In this document: positions 26,001-38,000 of the stretch, one piece after another
Layout of the letters: each line of letters begins with the position of its first letter
Numbering within the stretch: position 1 is the stretch's first letter
Assembly (NCBI RefSeq): GCF_052425735.1
Contig: NC_135761.1
Span: 7,998,001-8,062,000, forward strand
Direction of reading: 5' to 3'
Source of the DNA: Oculina patagonica
Lineage: Eukaryota
Length of the DNA stretch: 64,000 nucleotides
The notes under the pieces: model-generated
The model's input: only the letters and a program-made list of their open reading frames with translations
Databases searched by the model: none
Told to the model about the DNA's origin: nothing
Position numbers and translations under genes: made by a program

Positions 26001-29000
26001 AGGTACAATTCTCACTCGGGGATAGCTAGCATAAATCTGTTCAGTTAGCTAGGTGGTGTGAAAGAGATCACTGTTAACATTTTACCTTTACATTATCAGG
26101 TTAATGATGGCCGTGGTACATTTTCGTTTGACAAGAAAGTCATTCTTCAGTTATTTCAAGACTCTTTTCAGTATGAAAAAGATGCAACAGTCCTTTATAG
26201 CTATGCTCACATTAAACTGGAGGTTAATGCCACGTTTCACGAGGACCTTACAGGCAAAGTAGCTAGTGGCCAAGGAAGTGTTTCATTTTACCAGATGGAT
26301 GTCAAGTTGCAATTTGCAGAATTTAATCCTAAAAACTTCAAACCAGGATTACCTTTCAAGGTTTTGGTGAGTGAGTTTGGTTATATTGCTATTTTAGCCA
26401 TTCACAGGCGAGTGATTAAAACTGTCATTGGATGTTAAGAATGCAGTAGAGCATTTTATTCATGCTCAGATGTTTGGCACATAGGGCTCTTAATATTTAA
26501 TTTTCTGAGTCAAGAAAGAAAGAGGGGGGAGTAGAGGGGTTGGCTATTTTGAAGGTGGGTGCACATGTATTTGAATGGGGGCACTTATTTCATTTTTTTC
26601 ATATTTCAACCTCAATATAACAGTCTATGTTTCAAATATCTCATACTGCTTTAACATAAGATAGCAAAACACATTTTTCAGTAGAAGCACATGCCCTCAA
26701 TCTTTATTTCACAAAGAAGTATTTGTACCAAATGTTCATTGTACTGTGTATTCAGTGCATGTAATTCATTCTTTGTTGAGAGACAGGACAGGTGGGAGCA
26801 CTTAATACAGGTTTTAGAAGGGGGGGGGGGGAGACACTTATTTAATTTTTAGCCTGGGAAGTCAAATTGCAAGGAGGGCACATTTTTATGCTGCATGGAC
26901 ACTAAATTGAGTGTTGTTATTGAAAGGCATAGTTACTGTACTTCTTTCTTCTAGCTTCAAGTTGTCCAACCAAATGGTGAACCAGTCAGTCCAGATAGAC
27001 TGAAAAAACTGCAGGGTAATGTCAAAATTACAACAAAGTACGACTGGAAGGGTGACGGCACTGATGAATTTTTACCTCATTCTGATGACGGAAGCTTCAT
27101 TATCACCAAGGACATCCCTTCATCTGCGCAATACTTAAGTCTACAGGTTCGTTTGGTAAACTTTGTATTTATTAACTTATAACAAGGATCTACAAATGCA
27201 CACTAGTAATATATAATATTATGTGCGTACAAGTTTGTGATGTCCATTTGATTAAATATAACTAATTTTTTAAGGCAGTGTGGACACATAACCAACAGTT
27301 GAATTTGTCAACCCTCCTCAAAAGTGTTGTGGTTTTATTTAAATGCTTTTCATGGGTAAACGTATATACATGTAGGATTGACATCCTGTTTCCTTTCTAT
27401 GATGGCTTTTTTTTCCTTTTCCATCATCTTAAATACCATATTTATTCGATTAAGCGCCCAACCTCGAATAAGCGCCCACCTCGAATAAGCGCCCATCCTG
27501 TAGGTAGGAAAAGTTAATAAGCGCCCAGCCTCGAATAAGCGCCCACCCCCACCCCTTAGAAAATTGACATGAACAAGAGGAGTAAAATGAGAGGAGTGAA
27601 ATTGACTTAGAACTACCAAGAGACTACCCAGAAGAGCAAGCTTTCTCAAGAATTTACAGAACCTTTCAAGGATCAGTAAAAAATTCGGCTTTTGGACATC
27701 TTCACGTTCTGTTATTATTTACTTTTTTCCTGCAAAATAAGCGACTACTTGCTAAAAATGGTGAAAATTTAATAAGCGCCCAGCCTCGAATTAGCGCCCA
27801 CCTCGAATAAGCGCCCACTCTCAAGGTCCAAAAATTTAATAAGCGCCCAGGGCGCTTAAACGAATAAATACGGTAAATGACTAAGTATGCTAGCGCTGTG
27901 CCTGATTTTCCCAATTTGGTCTTTCTAAGAAATGTAACAAGGTGAAAAACCCAAGAACTGTAGATTTCAATGCTGCATATTTTTAATTAGCATTTTTAAA
28001 TTGTTGTAATTTTGTTGTTGTTGTTTGCAGGCAGAGTATTCAGAGGGTCTGAGACAAGTAATGGCCTATTTTTCTGCTTCTAAATCAGAATCGCCAAGCA
28101 ATTCGTTCTTGCAGCTATCCACTACCACATCTTCAGTTAAGGTAATAATTTATCATTGATTAATAAATCCTTGACTTCATTGTACTGAGTAATACATTTA
28201 CCGGTATGTATAATGTACAATAATGTACAAAGTCAGGCAAGTCAACCTTGTAAGATTGGCGAAGTTGATTTGTAAAATTATATGTTTATGTTACAGGTCA
28301 AATTTAAATGCAGGTTAAATTTTTTTAGCCTAGGTTATTTTTTTCAACCAAGGTAAAATTTACAATAAAAATTTACGATAAGACATTCGCTAAAAACATT
28401 ATAAACTCTGTTTAATTTTTTTTTAAAAAAGACGCGACATTTCGACGTTGACTTAACGTCATTATCAAGCAAAGAGAATATGTGATAAAATGTATAAATA
28501 CTAAAAATAGACAATGGAGATTAAAATTAATAAAAGTTGTGAAGTAAAAATGTTCAATGTCAAACAAAGAGTTTAGCACGTATGGAGTCCGCCTGCATAT
28601 TCAAATTTGGTCGCAGTTTCTTTATAAATAGCATCTCGTAAATGTTAACTAAAATATTACTGCTATTCAATTGAGCGAATCTACAAAGAAAATGTATTAT
28701 TTGTATCCTTGGTCTGTGAATTCATAACTAATAATCAGATTCTAACTATGCTATTTATACAATCACTAACATTTTCTTATGTTTAAAAAATGTAAGCTGC
28801 AGTTGGATAACAGTCTTTTCACACACAAGGTGTCAGCTACTTTTATTTACGTTAATGACAAATTTTCTCAAAATCACTTGTGAAACGTCATCGCTTCTGC
28901 ATGCATTGCGTGTCATTTATTTTTACAATGCAGTTGATTGTTAAGTAAATATATTTTTGTACTTAGCACATTGTTTTAGAACGTGTTGTATCTTTCTGTT

Positions 29001-32000
29001 CAGGCTGGTGATAATATTGCTTTGGATGTGGAAGCCACCTTCACACTCTCAGAGTTAAAATACATGGTATGCTCACTGTTCTATTAACAGTAGTTGATTA
29101 GAAGTAATTTAATGAGTGAATCAATTTATAATGCAAAGCTATGGCAAAACTATTAAAGCTATCTGAAATTTGGCAAAAATTAATGAAAAGTGGCAAGTTA
29201 ATAAATTTATTCTATTTTTGTTTTTGTTTTGTGATTAGGTGGTGGCACGTGGAATGTCAGCAGAAACAGGCACACATGTTGTATCTCCTGGCTCCACCAA
29301 AACTTCATTCACTATCCCGTCAAAGCCAGGCATGGCTCCCACTGCTCGCTTGTTGGTCTACAGCATGTTGCAAGGTGGTGAGATTGTGGTGGACTCTCTG
29401 AATGTTAAAATAGAAGACCCTTTTCAAAATCAAGTAAGGATCTAAGTGTATATGTCTTTTGTATTTATTTGACATAATTTCATCCCATTTTGAAACACCA
29501 AGAAGAGAGTTGAAAGTTTATGATGCACTGTGGATTAGTTTTGATATACTACTAGGTGTTTGAAGTAATATATCAAACATGAGAGACAGTCTTTCATTGG
29601 GATATCCAAACACCAAGAAGAAAGTTGAAAATACCACATGCAGCAGAGTATTTTTGACGAAATTCGGGGTATTTGGAAATCAATGTCTGTTGGTTTTTAT
29701 TCTCAAAAAAATCTATGCTAATTAAGACCAGGTATCCAAACCTCCTTCATGGTTACGATTTCCTTTGTTTTAACTTGATGAATTGTTAATGAGTTTGAGA
29801 AAGTGCATTATGACACACTCTCGTGTGTGTTTAATATTAATTATTGCCTCAATTCAAACTAAGGAGTAGATGTAAATGGAGAAATACAATTTACATGTTG
29901 AACCTACGGTATTATGACCAGACCAACATCGTTGTTTAATAATAATTATAATTAATAGTACAGACCAATGAACTCCATTTGGCACTATACATACTGTGTT
30001 GCTTGCAGTTCTGTCTTGTATAGGATTTTCAGTGGGGCTGTACATTATACACAGCCTTGACTTTGTAAATTCTACTTCAGGTTTCAGTGACCATTGACAC
30101 AAATAACAAAGATAGTGTCTCTCCCGGTGATACAGTGACCATCAAAGGCAAAGCGACACCAGGATCTTTTATGGCCTTCCGAGCAGTGGACAAGAGTGTG
30201 CTTCTTATGAAAGAAGATACTGATCTCTCTGTTAGAAAGGTAATTAATTTAATTTATATGGAGCCAATAACTGCAAGAGGCTGTAGATGTGTTTTCTATA
30301 ATACTGAGCAGCGAAATTTAAGTTTGAAAATAGCACCGTCAAGGCTTGTCAAATGGTTTAGAAGAATAATTTTTTCTCACACCGTTAAGCATTTATTTTC
30401 AGACTTGCATTAAAGGAGAAGTACTCGAAACTCCTTGTTTTTTTGTATTTCTTGGAGCTCTGTTTGAGCAAAATAGAGATGCACAAACAGGCATTTTGAC
30501 AAACAAAAGCCACTACGAAGAAATAAAGGAGTTTCGAGTATTTAAATTTTCCCGCCAAACTTCAGGCTGAGCTCTTTGAGGTCATGCATACATTACCAGC
30601 TCCAAGATGGTGGTGTTCAGTTATCGAGTTTTGAGAAAGATTTTGTAGGGTTATAGCGCATGTTGGAGGCTAAAATTTTGGTGAATAACATGTCTTTGTT
30701 TAAACGTTTTATTGGCGTAAAGAAAATAAATGGCCCTTCTGGACCGGAGTGAACCTCTCCTTTTAGTTTTTTTCATCTTTGATCATTAGCAGTTCTAGCT
30801 GATTAGATCCTATACACTGGGCTGTGTTCAAATCCTTCTCACTGTCATTAGATGGAAAAGGATTTGTTTGGTGGTTCGGAATTCACTTTTTTCATGCTCT
30901 AATTTCTTCAGTTAAAGGATCCAGTCCTTCCATTTTGCCAAGATGAACCTGGCAAATTGTTGTTAACTTTCTTTTTCAAATTTAAGTTTGCAATGTTTTT
31001 GTTTAGGTTCTTGAAGATCTTCAAAGTTATGATTCTGCCCAAACATGGTATCCATTTTGGGAGTGGGGCATCAGGCGGAGCCGTCGAATGATTATGCCTT
31101 TTCCAACTTCGGGACGCAGTGCAGCTAGAATCTTTGAGGTATGTGCATCTAATTAGAAGTTAATTCATTGCTCTAAAAACATATTTAAACTAAGTTTGAT
31201 TTCTTGATATCAAATGGAAGGAGAAAGCAAATGTTCCTCATTAATATTGATCTGTCTTGGAAACTGGAGATGAACCTTAAAATTCCATGTTAATGGTCCT
31301 CAATTTTCTGATAGAATAATAATCTGGCATACCTTATTATAGGAAATTAATGATACATGTTATTAACGCAAATTTCAAAAATTCGCGTTAATTTTATTGA
31401 TGTTAATTAATATAAACACGTTTACCATAAGCATTTAACCAGAACTTTTCTTAAATTCGTGGTAATTCTATCATGCGTCAATTTTGTTCGCGTTGTTAAA
31501 ATGCCTCGTTATATTCCTATAATAAGGTATATATGACCATCTGAATTGCATGCTGTTCATTGCTGGACCATCTGTGCCCTTAATATGCATTGCGTGCCTA
31601 TAAAAAGAAATCCAAGACATAGGCTTCTATCTCTTGGCCTTTCGGCCAGCTCTCAATTAGCAGCTAGACGGCAATCAAACTAAGTGAAGTATTATCTGAA
31701 GTGTGGCAAGTTTAACATAATTTGTTTTGGCAAATCTTTATTGCCAGTTTGTTGTTTTTGATTCTTGTTTCATACACATTTTCCAAGTTTAGTGGCTTAT
31801 AGCCACTTTGATTTACCACTTTAATTTTGACCCATTTCATATTTTTACTTCATAGAACTCTGGTGTTATTGTGATAACTAACTACAACTTGCCAGGAGGC
31901 TATGATGACTATATGATCATGTATGGTAGACGTCCAGTCATGGAAGGTTGGTGCAGTTGAATAAAATGCTTCATTACTAAGACATCTTTTGTAAATAATG

Positions 32001-35000
32001 TATTTTTAAAAAGAAATGTAGGCACATAAATTGACAGATTGTTTAAATCCGCAGCGTCAAATTCATTTCCATTTGGGTAGTTTCCAAGTTGCCTTTGGCC
32101 TCTGTTTCAAACTGTTTCACAGGAAGACTCGTTCTGCCTCAGAGGCAAAAGGCAACTCAGAAACGGGCTATTACCATGGGCTGTGGCGACAAAACAAGAA
32201 AGCAAGGTCTACATTTATAGAGGTTAAAATGCAGTAAAGAAAAAAATGATAGAACAGTTTATAAAGTTCATCTCAGGATCACAGCCAATCATATAAGTAA
32301 AAAAGTTGTTTATTATAAGAAAGATTATAAAAAATAAAAATCATATTAGGACAGACATTGTTGATGGACGTAAGGATTGCTTAGTTCCTTGCCCCAGGGT
32401 GGGGGATAGGGCCGGAGGACGTAAGGAATGCTGCGATTTATGAAAGTTCTACAATCTTCAGATGAACGTGAAAAGTCTCTGAAACAAAAAGAAAGTATAT
32501 AAATGTGATGGGAGCGTTTTCAGTTTACATACTTACTAAACCTCCTTTGTGTCTCTTGCCTTAAGCCCTGACCAAGGAGCAACGCAAGTAGACGCAAGAT
32601 GAAAACTTGCGTCTACTTGCGTCTCCGTTTGGCCAGGACTTGCGTGCACTTAAACTGAATTGCGTTCACTTTAGTCGAGATCAAATTTGCACTTAAGTTT
32701 TTCACCGTTTGGCCACCCAATGCAAGTCAAGGCATTTTTTCCAGTTTACTTCAAATACTAAATTGCACCTCGCAGCATTTTAAATGGCTTTTTGCAAACT
32801 TGCTTGCACTTGCGACTAAACTTGCCTGTTTGTTTGGCCAGCCAATGCAAGTCTGTATGCAAGTTCACCTTGTGATTACTTGCGTTCACTTGCGTTACCG
32901 TTTGGCCAGGGCTTAACCTGAGCAGTGTGATGTCCAATGATGATTTATTTTGTTGCTACTGTATGATAGCAGAAGCAGATGATTCAGACACGTTGGGAGG
33001 CAGTGTTGGCGGTGGAAAGCCAGAACTGGCTGAAGTAAAGCGTGTCAGAAGTTTATTCCCTGAAACATGGATTTGGTTGGAATATGATGCAAGGTAGGGA
33101 ACTTTATACTTCAGGGTTGCCACGGTCAGGGAATAACAAAAAATTTTTAACGTTAGGGAATTTTGCAAAAAGTTAGGGAAAATCTAAGCTCTTGTCGAAG
33201 TCAGTGAAAAGTCAGGGAATTCAAATGCCACTGATGCGTTCAAAACCTTGTAAAAAACGTAAAGAGATCGAAAATGAAGAGAAGACTATCGATGGTCTGG
33301 AGAAGAAGCTGAAGCAAATGTAAAAGTGGCTTTGGCTTTGCTTATTTTAAGGTCAGGGGGGAAAAGTCAGGGGATTTTTTTGGTTCTAATGAGTGGCAAC
33401 TCTGTAACGGGTTAGGGACACAAACGTACCCCTCTCGGACAAAAAAGTGGGTTGCTCCAAAGGAATAATCATCATATTCCAACCAGTTTTACGTTTCAGG
33501 GAATAAACTTCTGACACGCTTTACCTCAGCCCGATGTGGCTTTCCACCCGGCGCCGGCATTTTTTTAACTGGATCAATGAATCAGCTGCGCTATCATACA
33601 ATAACGAAATAAACCATTATTATATGCCATACTTTCTGACATAGTGATACGCAACACAAAAAAAGTTTTGCAATCATAAGATTAACATGAAAATGCGCTG
33701 AAACAAAAAGAAAGGATATGGATGTGATGGGAAGCGTTTTCAGTTTTCCATACTTATGTGAGCCTCCTTTGTGTTATTGGCTGACCTGACCAGCGTGACA
33801 ATGATTTATTTTGTTGTTATTGCATGATAGCAGGAGCAGGTGGTGGTGTAGATATGAGAGAAAAATCTAGCGGCGGTGGAAAGCCTGAACTGGCTGAAGT
33901 AAAGCGTGTCAGAAGTTTGTTCCCTGAAACATGGATCTGGTTGGAATATGATGCCAGGTAGAGTACTGAAAGAGGGAAATGGGGGAAATGTGGTAGGTGA
34001 AACATTCCCCTCTGGGACAACCCAATTGCAGGTTTAATCATGGGCTGCACCAAACGAATAATCATCACATTTCAACCAGATCCACGTTTCAGGGAATGAA
34101 CTTCTGAATCTGGCTGAGCTCCTGCTATCATACAATAACAACAATATAATCCATCAATGTCAAACTTTCTGATATAATGATATGCTATGCAAAAAAGTTC
34201 TACAATCGTCAGATGAACATGAAAAGTCGCTGAAACAAAAAGAAAGGATGTGGATGCGATTGGGAGCATGTTCAGTTTTCCATACTTACTGGGGCTTCCT
34301 TTGTGTCTCTTGCGTTACATGACCACCATGACATTGTCGTTTTTGTATGATAGCAGAAAGAGCTGATTCAGAGATCCAATTTAAGAGTGCCGGCGGTGGA
34401 AAACCAAAACTGGCTGAGGTAAAGCGTGTCAGAAGTTTATTCCCTGAAACATGGATTTGGTTGGAATACGATGCCAGGTAGGAAACTTACTTTAGCGGAT
34501 AAGGAATAGAAACTTACCCCTCTCGGACAAAAAACATGGGTTGCTCCAAAGAAATAATCATCATATTCCAACCAGATCAACGTTTCAGGGAATAAACTTC
34601 TGACACGCTTTACCTCAGCCACTTCTGGCTTTCCACCGCTGGCATTGCTCACTGGATTTCTGAATCAGCTACGCTATCATACAATAACAACAAAATAATC
34701 CATCAATGTCAAACTTTCTGATATAATGATATGCTATGCAAAAAAGTTCTACAATCGTCAGATGAACATGAAAAGTCGCTAAAACAAAAAGAAAGGATGT
34801 GGATGCGATTGGGAGCATGTTCAGTTTTCCATACTTACTGGACCTCTTTTGTGTCTCTTGCGTTACCTAACCGGCACGACAAAGATGATTTATTTTGTTG
34901 CTATTGCATGGCAAGCAGCAGCTGTTCCAGGCCTCCGAAATAGGGCCGGCGGTGGAAAGCCAAAACTGGCTGAAGTAAAGCGTGTCAGAAGTTTATTCCC

Positions 35001-38000
35001 TGAAACATGGATCTGGTTGGAGTATGATGCCAGGTAGGGAACGTACGTTAACGCATTAGGGACACTAACGTACCCCTGTCGGAAAAAAACATGGGTTGCT
35101 TCAAAGGAATAATCATCTTTTTCCAACCAGATCCACGTTTCAGGGAATAAACTTTTGACGCGCTTTACCTTGGCCAGTTGTGGCTTTCCACTCAGCGCCG
35201 GCATTACTCAACTGGATCTCTGAATCAGCTGCTCTTTCTCCTCTGCAGGCTACTCCATTTAAGCCTTAATATTGGGTATCCTGTGTAGCAGAGGGGAAGA
35301 GAGAAAACTGGGACTTGTAGAGAGGAAGACTGGGGATGTAAAATGTAAAAATGTAAATGTAAATGTTGTTTATAGTGGTCATGCACTTAGCTTCATATCT
35401 CAACGAGATAGCTAGTTTACAGGCATGCCACTGAAACAGAGGAAACAAATATTTTAAATGAAAATAACAAGGTTAAAAATCCCAACTGGCAGGAGGCAGA
35501 CCAGTTGGCTATGTACAAAGCGTGATCGAGGATTTGAGCTCGGGACAACCGAGAAACAAATCCAGCTAGTGGCAAGGGCAGGTGGTCCCAGTCTTTCTTC
35601 CGTAACAAAGGGAGTTGCCTGCTGAAGAGGGTACAGCTGCGCTATCATACAATAACAACAAAATAAACCATCAATGTCTAACTTTCTGACAAAATGATAT
35701 GCAATGCAAAAAAGGTCCTTCAATTAGTAGGTGAACATGAAAAGTCGCTGAAACAAAAAATCAAACAAAAGGATATGGATGCAATTGGGAGCATGTTCAT
35801 TTTACCATTCTTACTTGGCTTCCTTACCTGGGCTGACCAGCGTGACATTGATGGGTTATTTTGTCGTTATTGTATGATAGCAGGAGCTGCTGATTCAGAT
35901 GTAAGAATAGCCAGTGCTGATGGTGGTGGTGCAAAGCCTAAACTGGCTGAAGTAAAGCGTGTCAGAAGTTTATTCCCCGAAACATGGATCTGGTTGGAAT
36001 ATGATGCCAGGTAGGGTACATTCAGTAAAGAGGGTCCAAATGGAAGAAACGGGGTAGGGACACAAACTTACCCCTCTCGGACAATCCCATTGGAGGTTCA
36101 ATCATGGGTTGCACCAGAAGAAAAATTCTACACTCTGCAGTAAGAATTTGTTACTTGGTACTGAAGGTGTGTCAGGTATGCTGACCCAGTGATACGTGCA
36201 TCACCCTTTGGATCAAGCAGTCCGAGTTCAAGCCCCGGCCGGGATCATTGTAATGTGCTTTTGGACAAGACACATTCCTCTCTCAGTGCCTCTCACCACC
36301 CAGTTGATTAAATGATTACTGGTGTGTTAGAGGAAGCCTAAAAAATGGTGGGGGTGCTGCGATGGGCTAGCATCCCATCCAGGGGAGAAACAATACTCCT
36401 GGTCACTTTATGATTCTAAGTCTTAAATTATGCGCCGGCCTGGCAGTCAAGGGCTTAACCTCCTGGAAAAAGTTGGGCAATCCTATCCTGGGCTCAACTC
36501 TGGGCTGCACAGGAAAAATGATTTTCCTACACTCAATCTTCACAAAGACGTGCTCTCAATACTTTTATTTAAAAAAATACAGAAGTGAGTAGTCACTGCT
36601 AGGGATAAACAGGTTGAAAATTTAAAACTTGCTTAAAATTCCAGCAAACAGTCAGTGTTTCTGATGTTGTCAGTTCTGCAGGGGAGGTTGAATTCCAGAG
36701 GGCTGTCCCTGACACACTGACTACTTGGGTAGCCAGTGCTTTTGCTGTGTCAAACTCTACAGGGCTGGGTGTTGGAGAACTTAAACCTCAGGTAGGTCTC
36801 GTATGCATAGCACAGTATACAGGAAAGCAAGAAACGTTCACAAAAAAAGTCAAAGAGGTGGTTTGAAAATATACTTCTTGACTGGGTTAGCTCAAGGCGG
36901 ACGGGATCATAATTATTTGGCTGTCTCGTACGCCATGACCTGACCCAAATATTTTCGCGTACAACTAACACAGCGACGAGGAGCTTTATGGCTCAGTTGA
37001 TAGAGTATCCCACAAAGGTCCTGGCTTCAAATCCCATTACAGCCTCGAAATTGTTTTCAGGCTTCATTGCTTGCAAGGACAACTACGAGGACCATTTGTT
37101 AATTACAATTAAGTCTTTAATTTTGTGGCCTTCAGGTTCAAGTGTTCCAGTCCTTCTTTGTGTCACTCAACCTTCCATACTCTGTTGTTCGTGGTGAAGA
37201 GGTCGCTCTGCAAGTCACGGTCTTCAATTACGAGTCTGAGGCGCAGCTAGTGAGTATGCGTTGTTGACAGCCAAATATATACCGGTACCCAACAAACGTC
37301 TCCGTGAACTTAGTAGCGCGATCTGTTGGCGCAACCTGACGAAATACTAGGAAGTTACTTGCAATACTCCCGGCCTATTGAATCCCTATAAAAAGAGGGT
37401 TTGATTTCTTTAGTAATGTGTAGGCTTATTCAAGCCAAGGTGTGTTTTCCCAGATACTTTCGTTCTTGCCCGTTCTTTCTGGTGTTTTGAATGTGAATAT
37501 TACCCGATGATAAAGCTATCAAAATCGCTAATTTCTTGATAGGCAGTACAAAAAAGGACTGCTCAACCCTTAATTTGAGGTTGGAGTGCTCACTCATTAT
37601 TTCAACTTTTAGGATATAGCAAGAAGTCATTGCAGTGCAGCTGAAACGTCCACCAAACGGCCTACAGTGGGCTTTTTTTTGGCTACAGTCAATCATACTT
37701 GCGACGTCAATTTTCTAAAAACTGATTGGAGGTGTTACCCTTGTGACGCCATTCTGTAATATTTGGTTGCTTAGGTAACCAGGAAAATCGGCATTTAAAA
37801 GCCAGCTATTAGTAGGCGGTTGAATTTCTCAGTCCGTGCGTATTGCAAAACTTTAAAGCTGATTTCCAGTCCGTACTGCGCAGACTCGGGGTTTGTTTTC
37901 GTTTTTGTTTTGAATTCGTTGAAACGTTACACTTCGGTGACAGCATACATGACGTTTTTTAGTCCGCCATTACGGTTCGTTTCGTTCAAGAGTTTCCGAT

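Noticed and set aside
32350-32427. Extra 36-nt in-frame bait microexon ([12 protein letters not shown], 32385-32420)
   Set aside because: Good donor but no pyrimidine tract before its AG; it lies between 11-bp direct repeats ggacgtaagga and may be a small insertion. Unsupported without RNA data.
33470-35232. A second TEP gene on the minus strand
   Set aside because: Only the bait exon is inverted; the copies are disabled and no other TEP exons occur on the minus strand.
32970-36010. Shufflon-like DNA inversion swapping 5' bait segments from inverted copies into forward exons
   Set aside because: The 5' parts of inverted copies 1, 3 and 4 are out of frame or contain stops relative to their acceptors, copy 2 is deleted, none has a donor, and no recombinase is in the window. 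Occasional gene conversion is not excluded.
32970-36010. CRISPR-like repeat-spacer array
   Set aside because: The repeats are spliceosomal exons of a eukaryotic gene, ~120 nt long with alternating orientation; no cas genes.
36984-37045. tRNA gene
   Set aside because: A- and B-box-like motifs are present but the anticodon arm and acceptor stem are missing; it is a degenerate SINE head.
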